Shown here in pieces: positions 11,204-20,993 of a DNA stretch of 51,817 nt. Below the pieces are notes generated by a model that ran no database searches, was not told where the DNA came from, and saw nothing but the letters and a program-made list of their open reading frames with translations. The stretch spans positions 1 to 51,817 of the forward strand of contig CANQAB010000001.1 in assembly GCA_947589445.1 (NCBI GenBank). The letters run 5' to 3'. This DNA is from an uncultured Clostridia bacterium. GTDB lineage: Bacteria > Bacillota > Clostridia > TANB77 > CAG-508. A program made the position numbers and the translations under genes. The number at the start of each line of letters is the position of its first letter. Position 1 is the stretch's first letter.

Positions 11204-13024
11204 CTATACTTCCATTATTATTGGTAAAATCATTGGATTTCTCTTTGTTTTAGCAAAAACATAATCTCTTAATCCATCTTTTAAATTAGATTTTATACTT
11301 GACCAGTCTTTAATTCCTTTTTCTTCACACTTGTACAATTCCTTTTGTACTGTTCGTTTTACTTCATCCATCAGATTTTCAGATTCACGGACATAAACAA
11401 ATCCTCTTGAAATAATATCTGGTCCAGCAACAACTTCTCCTGTACTAGAATCCATCGTTAATACAATAATAATTAATCCATCTTGTGATAAATGTTGTCT
11501 GTCTCGAAGTACGATATTACCAACGTCTCCTATTCCTAATCCGTCTACTAAAACTCTTCCTGATTGTACAGTTCCTACCATTTTAGCATCGTTTTCACTA
11601 ATCTCCATTACTCTACCATTATTCATAATAAATATATTTTCTGGTGGTACACCTACTTTAACTGCTGTTTTTGCATGAACCATTAATTGTCTATATTCAC
11701 CATGAACTGGTAAAAAGTATTTAGGTCTAACTAAAGATAACATTAATTTTTGCTCTTCTTGACATGCATGTCCTGAAACATGAATATCTGCCAATGAGCT
11801 ATATACTACTTCTGCCCCTATTTGCATTAAATCGTCTATTACCTTTGATACTAATTTTTCGTTTCCAGGTATTGGGGTTGCTGATATTATTACTAAGTCA
11901 TTTGGCGTTATTTCTACTTTTTTATGCTCACCTGTGGCCATTCTAGTTAAAGCAGACATTGTCTCTCCTTGGCTACCTGTTGTTAAAATTACTAATTGTT
12001 CATCTGTATAATTTTTTATCATGTCAATATCAATAAAGGTATTTTCTGGTACATTAATATATCCTAGTTCCATAGCAGTTTGTATTACATTTATCATACT
12101 TCTACCGCATACTGACACTTTTCTATTATATTTAACTGCAGAATTTACTATTTGCTGAATTCTATGAATATTAGAAGCAAAAGTTGCAACTACAATTCTT
12201 TTTGTACAATTTAAGAATAATTTATCAAATACTTCTCCAACTGTACTTTCTGACATTGTAAATCCTTTTCTTTCAGAGTTTGTACTATCAGAAAGTAAGG
12301 CTAGTACTCCTTTGTTTCCCAATTCTGCTAAACGTCCTAAATCCATTCTTTCATTATCTATTGGTGTATAATCTATTTTAAAATCTCCTGTATGAATTAT
12401 TATTCCAACTGGTGTATGAATTGCAAGTGCAACTGAATCTGGAATACTATGGCAACTTCTTATAAATTCTACTTTTATTTTTCCTAAATTAATTTTTTCT
12501 CCTTGATTTACTATTTTTAATTTTGTACTTCTTAATAATTTATGCTCTTCTAATTTATTGCGAATAAGTCCTGCTGTTAGTTTTGTTGCATATATTGGTA
12601 CATTTATTTGTTTTAAAAAATATGGTATTGCTCCAATATGGTCTTCGTGTCCATGTGTAATTACTAATCCTTTTATTTTTTCTTTATTTCTTTCTAAATA
12701 TGTAATATCTGGTATAACTAAGTCTACTCCTAACATATCATCTTCTGGAAAAGCTAATCCACAGTCTACAATTACTATTTCATTTTCATATTCAAATACA
12801 GTCATATTTTTTCCAATTTCTAATAATCCACCTAGTGGTATAATTTTAATCGGACTTTTTTTAAACTTAACTTCTGTTTCCCTTTGATTTTTTCTTTTAT
12901 TTTCCTTTTTAGAATTTTCCTTTTTATTATAGTTTTTTCTATAGGTTGTTCTCCTTTTTGGTTTTGTGTTAGATTGATTATTATTCATATCTAAACTTTC
13001 ATTATTCTTATTGATTTCTTCCAT
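11204..13024 (-). CDS. rnj: ribonuclease J with a basic N-terminal extension
   Basis: Metallo-beta-lactamase motif THGHEDHIG, beta-CASP and RNase J C-terminal architecture. Preferred start is MEEINKNN (13022-13024), with GGAAGGAA upstream. Confidence 0.9.
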   Translation of the reverse strand: MEEINKNNESLDMNNNQSNTKPKRRTTYRKNYNKKENSKKENKRKNQRETEVKFKKSPIKIIPLGGLLEIGKNMTVFEYENEIVIVDCGLAFPEDDMLGVDLVIPDITYLERNKEKIKGLVITHGHEDHIGAIPYFLKQINVPIYATKLTAGLIRNKLEEHKLLRSTKLKIVNQGEKINLGKIKVEFIRSCHSIPDSVALAIHTPVGIIIHTGDFKIDYTPIDNERMDLGRLAELGNKGVLALLSDSTNSERKGFTMSESTVGEVFDKLFLNCTKRIVVATFASNIHRIQQIVNSAVKYNRKVSVCGRSMINVIQTAMELGYINVPENTFIDIDMIKNYTDEQLVILTTGSQGETMSALTRMATGEHKKVEITPNDLVIISATPIPGNEKLVSKVIDDLMQIGAEVVYSSLADIHVSGHACQEEQKLMLSLVRPKYFLPVHGEYRQLMVHAKTAVKVGVPPENIFIMNNGRVMEISENDAKMVGTVQSGRVLVDGLGIGDVGNIVLRDRQHLSQDGLIIIVLTMDSSTGEVVAGPDIISRGFVYVRESENLMDEVKRTVQKELYKCEEKGIKDWSSIKSNLKDGLRDYVFAKTKRNPMILPIIMEV

Positions 13025-13407
13025 TTTTCTTTCCTTCCTAATTTTGAACACATTAAAAGATTGAAAAATAAAAATATTATATTATTTTTAATAACATTTA
13101 ATATAAAAGGTATATATGTTAAACAATATATATCTTTTTTTATGGGTTTATTAGTTTTTTTATTTATTTTTCCGAATCAATACATTAATATGTTTTTTTT
13201 TAATCTCTTCTTTACCACATATTGGTAACAACTGTATTAAATTATACACTATAAAATTTTAAAAGTCAAGAAAATTTGAAGATATTTACCATTGCCCAAA
13301 TATAATCAAACTTTAATTAATATTAAATATTATTTAAATTGTTTCTATCTTTTTATTTTTCTAACTATTCTTCAGTAATACAAATTTCAGAAAATATCCT
13401 AATGACT

Positions 13408-13438
13408 AAAAAAAGCATAGATTTTCTATGCTTTTTTT
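13408..13438 (-). terminator. intrinsic terminator ending the pilus-glucokinase transcription unit
   Basis: Stem AAAAGCATAGA / TCTATGCTTTT (13411-13421 / 13425-13435), followed by a T-run on the minus strand. Confidence 0.8.
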
Positions 13439-13443
13439 ATTTT

Positions 13444-14331
13444 TTAATTATTTTCTAACATTGAAGCACCTATAATTCCTGCATCATTTTCATATTTTGC
13501 TATTATTAAATCCGGTATTTCCCTTTTATTAAATATTTTTTGTACCTTTTGTTTTAATTTTTCTATAAATATTGGTGCATAGTATGAAAAACTACCACCT
13601 ATACAAATTGCATCTGGTTCAAATATATTAATTATATTACTAATGCCTATAGATAAATAGTATAAATAATTTTCAATTATTTGTTCTATTTCATTTTCTT
13701 TTTGTTTATTTTCTAATATTTTAAACATCTTGTCACTAGTTAGTTTTTCAATATTTAATAAATTTTCTACATCTTTTCTAAATACTCTCATAGATGCATA
13801 TTCTTCAAAGCATCCATTTCTTCCACACCTGCATTTTTTACCTCCAGATTGTATGATCATATGACCTATTTCAAATCCTTGATATTTACTGGGTACAACT
13901 AATTCATTATTATAAAAATATGCTCCACCAATTCCTGTTCCTAATGTCATAAAAAAACAATTTTTATATTGCTTTAAATTTCCAATTTTCTTTTCACACA
14001 TGCCAGAACATTTAACATCATTTTTTAAATATACTGGTAATTTAAAATAATTAGATAAATTTTCTGCTAAACAAATTTCTTTATTTTTTTCATAGATTAT
14101 TCCATTTATAATATTACGAGAAGGATATGCAATTCCAATTTTTTTTATTATAAAATTTTTTTCTTCTGAAATAATTTTAATAGTTTTTTTGCAATAATTT
14201 TCAACACTATTTGTAAAATTTATTTTTTCACTTTCTGTCCAATTATGCTCCTCTTTTAGCTGTATTTCATTTTTATAATTTACTACTCCTATTGCAATAT
14301 GGCTTCCACCTATATCAATACCAATATTCAT
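13444..14331 (-). CDS. glk: ROK-family glucokinase
   Basis: MNIGIDIGGSHIAIGVV N-terminus and the zinc motif CRCGRNGCFEEYAS. I prefer the ATG at 14329-14331, because the longer ORF overlaps pilC. Confidence 0.8.
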   Translation of the reverse strand: MNIGIDIGGSHIAIGVVNYKNEIQLKEEHNWTESEKINFTNSVENYCKKTIKIISEEKNFIIKKIGIAYPSRNIINGIIYEKNKEICLAENLSNYFKLPVYLKNDVKCSGMCEKKIGNLKQYKNCFFMTLGTGIGGAYFYNNELVVPSKYQGFEIGHMIIQSGGKKCRCGRNGCFEEYASMRVFRKDVENLLNIEKLTSDKMFKILENKQKENEIEQIIENYLYYLSIGISNIINIFEPDAICIGGSFSYYAPIFIEKLKQKVQKIFNKREIPDLIIAKYENDAGIIGASMLENN

Positions 14332-14353
14332 AACATACCCTTTCTTGTATATT

Positions 14354-15706
14354 CTATACTCCAGCAGCAGAAAATAGCCATCCACCCATATATACTTGAA
14401 TACATGGAACTAAAACTACAATTACAACAAATATTAATGCAATACCCACAATTAAATACACAATTTCTGGTAACACTTTCATTATTTTAGCTATTGTATT
14501 ATCTATATCTGTTTGTAAATATTCTAATAATTTTCCCATCATTTCTTTTAAATCTGTTCTCATACCTATATTTAACATTTCTATTATCATTGGTGATGCT
14601 AGATTTGATTTTTCAAAAGCTTCCACCCAAGATTGCCCTATTATAATATCATTTATTGATGATTCTATAATTGATCTTAGAACTGAATTTTTAATTACAT
14701 TTTTACTTGTCTCCAATGAATCTTGAATTCTAATACCATTATTTAAGTTTAAAAGCATTGCCTTTGAGAATCTTAGAAAATCCAAAGAAAAAATTAATTT
14801 ACCAAATAAAGGCATAGTATATTTAAAATAATCAAAATTATACTTTCCCTTTGGAGTATTTATATAAGCTATAATTGCTGCTACTATACCTACAATAATT
14901 ATTACTGGTATATACCAATACGCCATTAATACGTCGACGACCCCTGCGAACCATAAAGTAATTGCTGGTAATTGTCTATCTGATCCCATTGATTTAAATA
15001 AATTCTGTATTAAAGGAACAATTACAATAACCCCTATTATTAACATAGCCACAATAGCAACAAGCATAAGAGCATTTGGCACTAATATGCCTCTAATTTT
15101 TTTATTAAATTTTTCATTTTCGTCTAAATATTGAACTGCTTCTTCTAATGATTTTGTAAGTGAACCAGATAACTCTCCAACTCTTATCATATTAATATAC
15201 AAATAAGGAAAAACTTCTGAATAATACTCCATTGTTGTATACATATTTTCTCCTGCTTCTACTCCGGCCAAGATATCTTTTATAATTTCTCTTAATTGCT
15301 CATTTTCGGTTGTTTCTATAATAGTACTAAGAGCATGTATATTATTAAAATTTGCCTTTTTTAACAAGTACAAATCTTGAGTAAATATAACAATATCTCT
15401 TGTTGTAATTCTAGTTGTAATATTAATACCTAGTTTTTTTAATAGGCTTTTGGGTTCGTTTCTTTTAGATGTATTAATGTATTCATTTAAATCCGTTCCT
15501 CCTATAATATCGCTTACATCACTAATATTCCTTTTTTGCCTTTGTTTAGGTTTTGAAATAATTCTATTACTAACTTGTACTATGCTAATTGGTGTAATAT
15601 TATTTCTTTTTAGTTTTTTTATAAGAGAGTTTCTATTTATATCTTCTACTCTATTTCTTATAATTGTACCATTATCTGTAACCGCTCTATAAACATAAAT
15701 TGGCAT
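14354..15706 (-). CDS. pilC: type IV pilus platform protein PilC (GspF family)
   Basis: 450 aa with duplicated GspF-like domains and three TM blocks. AGGAGG lies 8 nt upstream. It sits within the pilus locus. Confidence 0.85.
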   Translation of the reverse strand: MPIYVYRAVTDNGTIIRNRVEDINRNSLIKKLKRNNITPISIVQVSNRIISKPKQRQKRNISDVSDIIGGTDLNEYINTSKRNEPKSLLKKLGINITTRITTRDIVIFTQDLYLLKKANFNNIHALSTIIETTENEQLREIIKDILAGVEAGENMYTTMEYYSEVFPYLYINMIRVGELSGSLTKSLEEAVQYLDENEKFNKKIRGILVPNALMLVAIVAMLIIGVIVIVPLIQNLFKSMGSDRQLPAITLWFAGVVDVLMAYWYIPVIIIVGIVAAIIAYINTPKGKYNFDYFKYTMPLFGKLIFSLDFLRFSKAMLLNLNNGIRIQDSLETSKNVIKNSVLRSIIESSINDIIIGQSWVEAFEKSNLASPMIIEMLNIGMRTDLKEMMGKLLEYLQTDIDNTIAKIMKVLPEIVYLIVGIALIFVVIVVLVPCIQVYMGGWLFSAAGV

Positions 15707-15723
15707 ATAGATGTCCTCCTATT

Positions 15724-16830
15724 TTAATTTCCTCTTTCTTTTTTTATTCTTAACTGCATAATAGTTCTGTTTAAAATTTCTAGATTTTTTTCTTCTATTT
15801 GAGATTTTGCTTGTTCTAACGTAATTTTATCTTCTACAAATAAATTTGCTATAGAATTAATTAATCCTATACTTCCATTATCTGAATTAGACTGAATTGC
15901 ATCTTCTATTTCAGAAACACTTAGTTTATCTTTTCTAATTAAACCAGATACTATATTGTCTACAACCATTACCTCTGGCACAAGCACAAGTTTTCCATCA
16001 ATGCCAGGTAATAATCTTTGGGAAATAACTAATTTAAGTAAAGATGATAACAGGTATTTTACCGTATTTTGGTCTGAAATTTCATAAAAATTAATCATTC
16101 TGTCTATTGTTTCTGCACAAGACTTTGTATGAAGTGTTCCTATTACCAAGTGTCCAGACTCTGCTGTTTCTATTGCTGCATCCATTGTTTCTTTATCTCT
16201 TATTTCTCCTATTACTACTATATCACAATCTTCTCTTAATGAATTTTTTACTCCGTCACTAAAGCTTAGTGAATCTCCTCCAACACCTACTTCTTTTTGT
16301 ACAATCATAGATTTTTTAGATTCATGTTTGTATTCTACCGGATTTTCTAGAAACAATATTTTTTTATTCTGCGTTTCATTTATTTCATTTACTAATGCAT
16401 TTAATGTGGTGGTTTTTCCAGAATTCGTCTTTCCTGTTACTAAAATTAATCCCTGTGGTTGAAGTGCTGTTCTTCTTACAATGTCTGGAACCCCAAGTTC
16501 TATATATTTGGGTAATTGTTTTTTTATCAACCTCAATGTAAATATTGGTATTCCAGCAGATAAAGAAATATTAATCCTTAATCTTATATCTTTATATTCG
16601 TATGATGTATCTATTTTTTTTGTTTTTTTAAATAACTCATCTTTATCTAAATTACCTTTTATTATTGAATCGTAAATATCATACATATCTTCTTGTTCCA
16701 AAACTGGATATTCTTCTATTTCTTCAAGTTTTCTTACAATTCTAATTAATGGTTTGTTTCCGCAAACTAAGTGTATATCTGATGCATCTTTACTAATAGC
16801 TATATCTATTAAATCTTCTATCTGAACCAT
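15724..16830 (-). CDS. pilT: type IV pilus retraction ATPase PilT
   Basis: 368 aa with Walker A GKTNSGKTTT, an Asp box, and the GEIRD...TGH pattern typical of PilT. Confidence 0.85.
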   Translation of the reverse strand: MVQIEDLIDIAISKDASDIHLVCGNKPLIRIVRKLEEIEEYPVLEQEDMYDIYDSIIKGNLDKDELFKKTKKIDTSYEYKDIRLRINISLSAGIPIFTLRLIKKQLPKYIELGVPDIVRRTALQPQGLILVTGKTNSGKTTTLNALVNEINETQNKKILFLENPVEYKHESKKSMIVQKEVGVGGDSLSFSDGVKNSLREDCDIVVIGEIRDKETMDAAIETAESGHLVIGTLHTKSCAETIDRMINFYEISDQNTVKYLLSSLLKLVISQRLLPGIDGKLVLVPEVMVVDNIVSGLIRKDKLSVSEIEDAIQSNSDNGSIGLINSIANLFVEDKITLEQAKSQIEEKNLEILNRTIMQLRIKKERGN

Positions 16831-16843
16831 ATTTTTACCCCTT

Positions 16844-18469
16844 CTAATTTATTAATAATTTTTTATTTAATTCTTTCATATTAGTAATACCATTAATAAC
16901 TTTCCTAATACCATCTATTTCTAATGGTTCATATCCGTATTTTAGTGCTTCTTTCTTTATTTTGATTGGTGATTCTCCATTAGAAATTAATTCTTTGATT
17001 ATATCATTTATTTGTAATATTTCAAAAATTGCAATTCTGTCTAAATATCCTACATGATTGCACTTATCACAGCCAACAGCATCATATGTTTTCTTATTTT
17101 TCAAATCAAATTTTATATTATATTTTTCTTCTATTTTATTTATTATTTCTAATTCTTCGTTATTAAACTCTCTTTCTTTCTTACAATCTGGACATAATCT
17201 TCTTACTAGTCTTTGAGATGCTGTTGTTGCTAGAGTGCTTGCTATATCATAGTTAGATACTCCAAGTTTTCTAAGCCTTGTTATAACTTCTACTGCATCT
17301 ATTGTATGAATAGTAGATAGTACATAGTGACCTGTTTGTCCAGCCTGCATTGATATTTCAGCGGTTTCTTTATCTCTTATTTCTCCTACTAATATAATAT
17401 CTGGGTCCTGTCTTAATATAGTTCTTAAAGCTGATGCAAAATTGCTTTTTGCATCCATTTCAATTTGATTCAAACCAGGTATTCTAATTTCTACCGGATC
17501 TTCTATAGTTGTTATATTTATTTCTGGTCTATTTAAATCATTAATAATAGCATACAAAGAAGTAGTTTTACCTTCTCCTGTAGGTGCTCCCATAATAGTA
17601 ATGCTGTTTCTTTTTTCAAAACAATTATGAATATCCTTGTCAGTTGGAAATCCTAATTCATACATTCCTTTAATATTTTGATTTTTCTTTAATAATCTTA
17701 AAACAAATTTTTCACCATATATGTTCCTTTGTGATGATACACGAATATTATAATCTGGATATATAATAATTCTACCATCTTGGTCTTCTTGCTTTTCTTG
17801 GTACATATTAGATATAGCTTTTAAACGTCCTATTGTTTGAGCTTGTTTTTCTTTTGGAATATCCGCTACTGTATATAGTTCACCATCTATTCTATATCTT
17901 ACTCTTACCTTATCTTCCATAGGCTCAATATGAATATCACTTGCTCTTTTATTCATAGCTGTTTTTATAATTGTATCTATCAATTTAATAGTATCTGCAT
18001 TAATATTAATATCTTCATCCGCATTTCCTTCTAGCATCTTTAATATATCATCAATATTTTTTTCGAAAGTTATATATTTATCTACTAATAAACCTTTATT
18101 TAATAAAAGTAATGTTATTTTATCAATAGTATTTCTATTAGCTGTATCTGCAAAGCACACCTTAATTTTTCCCTGTTCTATACTATATGGAATTGCTTTA
18201 CATTCTTTTGCAATATCTAAAGATATATATTCTTCAATATTTAAATTTATATCATTATAAGTAAGTATAATACCTTTTTCTCCAAGTATATCTGCTATTC
18301 CATTTATTAAAGTTTCATCATCGCAGTTACTTATAATTCTTAAAATTTCACCTAGTTTCATTCCTCTATGTGTTTTTTGATATTCTACAGCTCTATTTAC
18401 TTCGTCTTCTGTTACAACTCCATTTCTAACTAACTCGACACCAATTGGAATTTTTCTATTATTATCCAT
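16844..18469 (-). CDS. pilB: type IV pilus assembly ATPase PilB (GspE family)
   Basis: Walker A GAPTGEGKTT, GEIRDKET, and the tetracysteine motif CPDCKKE...GCDKCNHVGY. Preferred start is MDNNRK (18467-18469), with GGGAGG upstream. Confidence 0.88.
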   Translation of the reverse strand: MDNNRKIPIGVELVRNGVVTEDEVNRAVEYQKTHRGMKLGEILRIISNCDDETLINGIADILGEKGIILTYNDINLNIEEYISLDIAKECKAIPYSIEQGKIKVCFADTANRNTIDKITLLLLNKGLLVDKYITFEKNIDDILKMLEGNADEDININADTIKLIDTIIKTAMNKRASDIHIEPMEDKVRVRYRIDGELYTVADIPKEKQAQTIGRLKAISNMYQEKQEDQDGRIIIYPDYNIRVSSQRNIYGEKFVLRLLKKNQNIKGMYELGFPTDKDIHNCFEKRNSITIMGAPTGEGKTTSLYAIINDLNRPEINITTIEDPVEIRIPGLNQIEMDAKSNFASALRTILRQDPDIILVGEIRDKETAEISMQAGQTGHYVLSTIHTIDAVEVITRLRKLGVSNYDIASTLATTASQRLVRRLCPDCKKEREFNNEELEIINKIEEKYNIKFDLKNKKTYDAVGCDKCNHVGYLDRIAIFEILQINDIIKELISNGESPIKIKKEALKYGYEPLEIDGIRKVINGITNMKELNKKLLIN

Positions 18470-18542
18470 AAAAACCTCCCTTGAAAATTTATAATACTCT
18501 AACAAATAATTTAGTCAAAGTTCTCTTTTTATCACTATTTTC

Positions 18543-18956
18543 CTAATAAATTTCTTCTACTTTATAATTCATTGATTTAGAAAAGTTTTTAAAAGTTACA
18601 TTAACATTAATAATACTATTATCAGATTCCGGAATAATCATAAAACTTTGTACTCCTTCACAAATTGGTATATTATTATAATAAATTTGATTATTTTTAA
18701 AAGAAAAAGAATTTCCAGAAGAGAATAATATATAATTATTACTTATGCTATCTACTTTATTGTCTCTTGTCTTTACTTCTTTTAAAAAATAAGTATTAAA
18801 ATGATTAAACTGTAAAATATCTTCTGTATCAGCTTCTGCCTTATTATTGTTTTTATAAAATGTATTAACAATAGCGCTCATTACCCCTAATACAATAAAC
18901 ATTATAATAATATAAACAATTAAGGATACTAATGTTATTCCTTTATTACTTTTCAT
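18543..18956 (-). CDS. minor pilin-like protein (prepilin-type N-terminus, Ser at +5)
   Basis: MKSNKG|ITLVSLIVYIIIMFIVLGV has a class III signal-like N-terminus. AAGGAG lies upstream. It sits within the pilus locus. Confidence 0.65.
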   Translation of the reverse strand: MKSNKGITLVSLIVYIIIMFIVLGVMSAIVNTFYKNNNKAEADTEDILQFNHFNTYFLKEVKTRDNKVDSISNNYILFSSGNSFSFKNNQIYYNNIPICEGVQSFMIIPESDNSIINVNVTFKNFSKSMNYKVEEIY

Positions 18957-18958
18957 AT

Positions 18959-19360
18959 TTACTCCTTTACTTTTATTCTTTCCATAGTATGTTTATATTC
19001 TTTATTAGCAAGTTTATATGAAACTGTTACATTTACTTTTTTTATAATATCTTCTTTTTGTGTATCTAATAAATCTAAATCTGAAGCTACTGTTATCTGC
19101 ACGTTATAGTTACTATTTTTTATATATGTTGGTATTAAATTATCTGTTTTTTCATTATTAACATCATTATAATTAGCTATTCCTATGTTCTCTAATATTT
19201 CTGTTAAGTATATGGTTGACATAGCTTCCATTTTTACACGTGCATTTTCCAAGTAGTTATTGTACATTAAAGATATTATTAAACCAGAAAAAGCAAGTAT
19301 TGCTATTACTGCAATTCCCATATCTACACCTATAAATCCATTATTTTTTTTAATATTCAT
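18959..19360 (-). CDS. minor pilin-like protein (prepilin-type N-terminus, Asp at +5)
   Basis: MNIKKNNG|FIGVDMGIAVIAILAFSGL. It sits within the pilus locus. Confidence 0.55.
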   Translation of the reverse strand: MNIKKNNGFIGVDMGIAVIAILAFSGLIISLMYNNYLENARVKMEAMSTIYLTEILENIGIANYNDVNNEKTDNLIPTYIKNSNYNVQITVASDLDLLDTQKEDIIKKVNVTVSYKLANKEYKHTMERIKVKE

Positions 19361-19408
19361 ATTTACTTATTTATCCTTTCTATAGGTCCAGTTTATTTAT
19401 AATAATTG

Positions 19409-20179
19409 CTAAATTAGAAAATTAATTAATATATTAGATACTATAATAACAATTATATTGCTTACACATAAATAAAATCCTATTGGCAATTTCGTATCTT
19501 TCTTGTTAGATAACAATTGATATATAAATATAATGATTAATGTTAGCAAAACAGATAATATGAAACTTATGCTACCAAAAAATATAATAATATATAAAGC
19601 CAAATATAATACCTGAATATAATACTTTTCTTCTGCCTTTAATTTTAAGCTTAATGTCGACATAATTAAAATTGCTATAAAGTATATTAAATATATAACA
19701 TATTGATATACATTAATATTTCCCAATGTACATTGATATATTATATAAATTAGTTCTAACATAAATCCAAAATATATTACATTTTTTTGTATTTTTTTAT
19801 TTTCGTAATCAATACCGGCAATAATAAATAGTATAGAAATATAAAGCAATGTAAACATTATATTAATTATACTATTAATATTTTGAATATCTAGTTTTAA
19901 TGAAATAGCAATTGCTAAGAATGTAAATCCAGATAAAAGTTCTAATATTAAATATCTTGGTCTTATTTTATTATTACAATATCTGCATTTTCCTCTTAAT
20001 AAAATATAACTAAACACAGGAAACAAGTCAAAAAATCCTAATTTGTGATTGCAATTAGGACAATATGAATGTTTAATAAATATATCTTCCTTTCTTGGAA
20101 TTCTGTATACTGCAAGCGTAAAAAAACTGCCAAAAAAAATACCTATTATAAATATTACTACATATAAAAATATTTCCAT
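19409..20179 (-). CDS. pilD: prepilin peptidase homologue (A24 family, PilD); second catalytic motif not recognisable
   Basis: The N-terminal Cys motif CPNCNHKLGFFDLFPVFSYILLRGKCRYCNNKI and the polytopic TM body fit PilD. The first Asp candidate lies in IIAGIDYENKKI. I see no GxGDxK-like motif. Confidence 0.7.
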   Translation of the reverse strand: MEIFLYVVIFIIGIFFGSFFTLAVYRIPRKEDIFIKHSYCPNCNHKLGFFDLFPVFSYILLRGKCRYCNNKIRPRYLILELLSGFTFLAIAISLKLDIQNINSIINIMFTLLYISILFIIAGIDYENKKIQKNVIYFGFMLELIYIIYQCTLGNINVYQYVIYLIYFIAILIMSTLSLKLKAEEKYYIQVLYLALYIIIFFGSISFILSVLLTLIIIFIYQLLSNKKDTKLPIGFYLCVSNIIVIIVSNILINFLI

Positions 20180-20277
20180 TTATTTTTAATTATATATTGC
20201 TCCTCTCGTAATTTTAAAAATGAGCATATGCATTATACAGCATAACGCATATGCTTATTTAAATTAAATAATTATTA

Positions 20278-20505
20278 TTAGCTATTAGGTAATAATTCTT
20301 TTTCTAAATCATTCAATTGTCCTTCTTTTTGATTTAAGAAAGTATTTTCTTCATTTGCTGCATTTTGATATGCATTTTTTGCATTCTTAGAATAATTAAT
20401 AATTCCATCTCCTGATACAGCAGCTATAGCTACAACAGCAAGTATTAATAATACTATAATAGTAATAATTAATGCTACTAAAGTAATACCTTTTTGTTCT
20501 TTCAT
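20278..20505 (-). CDS. short type IV pilin-like protein (75 aa precursor, Ala at +5)
   Basis: MKEQKG|ITLVALIITIIVLLILAVVAIAAV, with a strong AAGGAGGAAAC RBS. It lies between the pilO-like genes and pilD. Confidence 0.7.
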   Translation of the reverse strand: MKEQKGITLVALIITIIVLLILAVVAIAAVSGDGIINYSKNAKNAYQNAANEENTFLNQKEGQLNDLEKELLPNS

Positions 20506-20531
20506 TTTGTTTCCTCCTTTGCTTATTATAA

Positions 20532-20549
20532 ATATATATATATATATAT
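20532..20549. repeat. (AT)9 dinucleotide microsatellite in the pilin upstream region
   Basis: Direct reading: atatatatatatatatat, 27-44 nt upstream of the pilin ATG and immediately upstream of a TATAAT on the minus strand. Confidence 0.9.
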
Positions 20550-20577
20550 TTATTTATAAAAATAAATATATTATAAA

Positions 20578-20982
20578 CTATTTTGTACCATCATCTTTGT
20601 AAAATCTGTTACCATCGGTTTCTGATGATGTATCATTATTTGCATTATTTTGGCTTTCAGTTATCCCATTATTAGAAGAGCTATCGCTTTCAACTGCAAA
20701 TGGATTTTTCTTTCCCTTATTATATTCTTTTGTTTTTTCGTATTTTTTTAAGTCTGCAGAATCTATATAATAAGTTGTAACAATTTCTTTATCTTCATCT
20801 GTATAACTTTTATCTAGTTCCTCTTGCATTTCATCAGATAACATATATTCCTGTGATTGAGGAATTACTTTACCCAAAGAATTTTTATCGTAAAAAATTA
20901 TAGAAAATACCAAAACAATGCAAAAAACAAGTAACATACTTATTATAAAATCTTTAATTAGACTTAAATTTATTTTTTTCAT
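20578..20982 (-). CDS. hypothetical single-pass membrane protein of the pilus locus
   Basis: 134 aa with an N-terminal TM segment (FIISMLLVFCIVLVFSIIF) and an S/N-rich tail. I recognise no family. Confidence 0.5.
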   Translation of the reverse strand: MKKINLSLIKDFIISMLLVFCIVLVFSIIFYDKNSLGKVIPQSQEYMLSDEMQEELDKSYTDEDKEIVTTYYIDSADLKKYEKTKEYNKGKKNPFAVESDSSSNNGITESQNNANNDTSSETDGNRFYKDDGTK

Positions 20983-20993
20983 ATTTTCTCCTT

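Noticed and set aside
13444-14385. The long form of the glucokinase ORF, which overlaps pilC by 32 nt.
   Set aside because: The conserved ROK N-terminus begins at MNIGIDIGG (ATG 14329-14331). The upstream extension has no homology-like features and overlaps the pilC 3' end.
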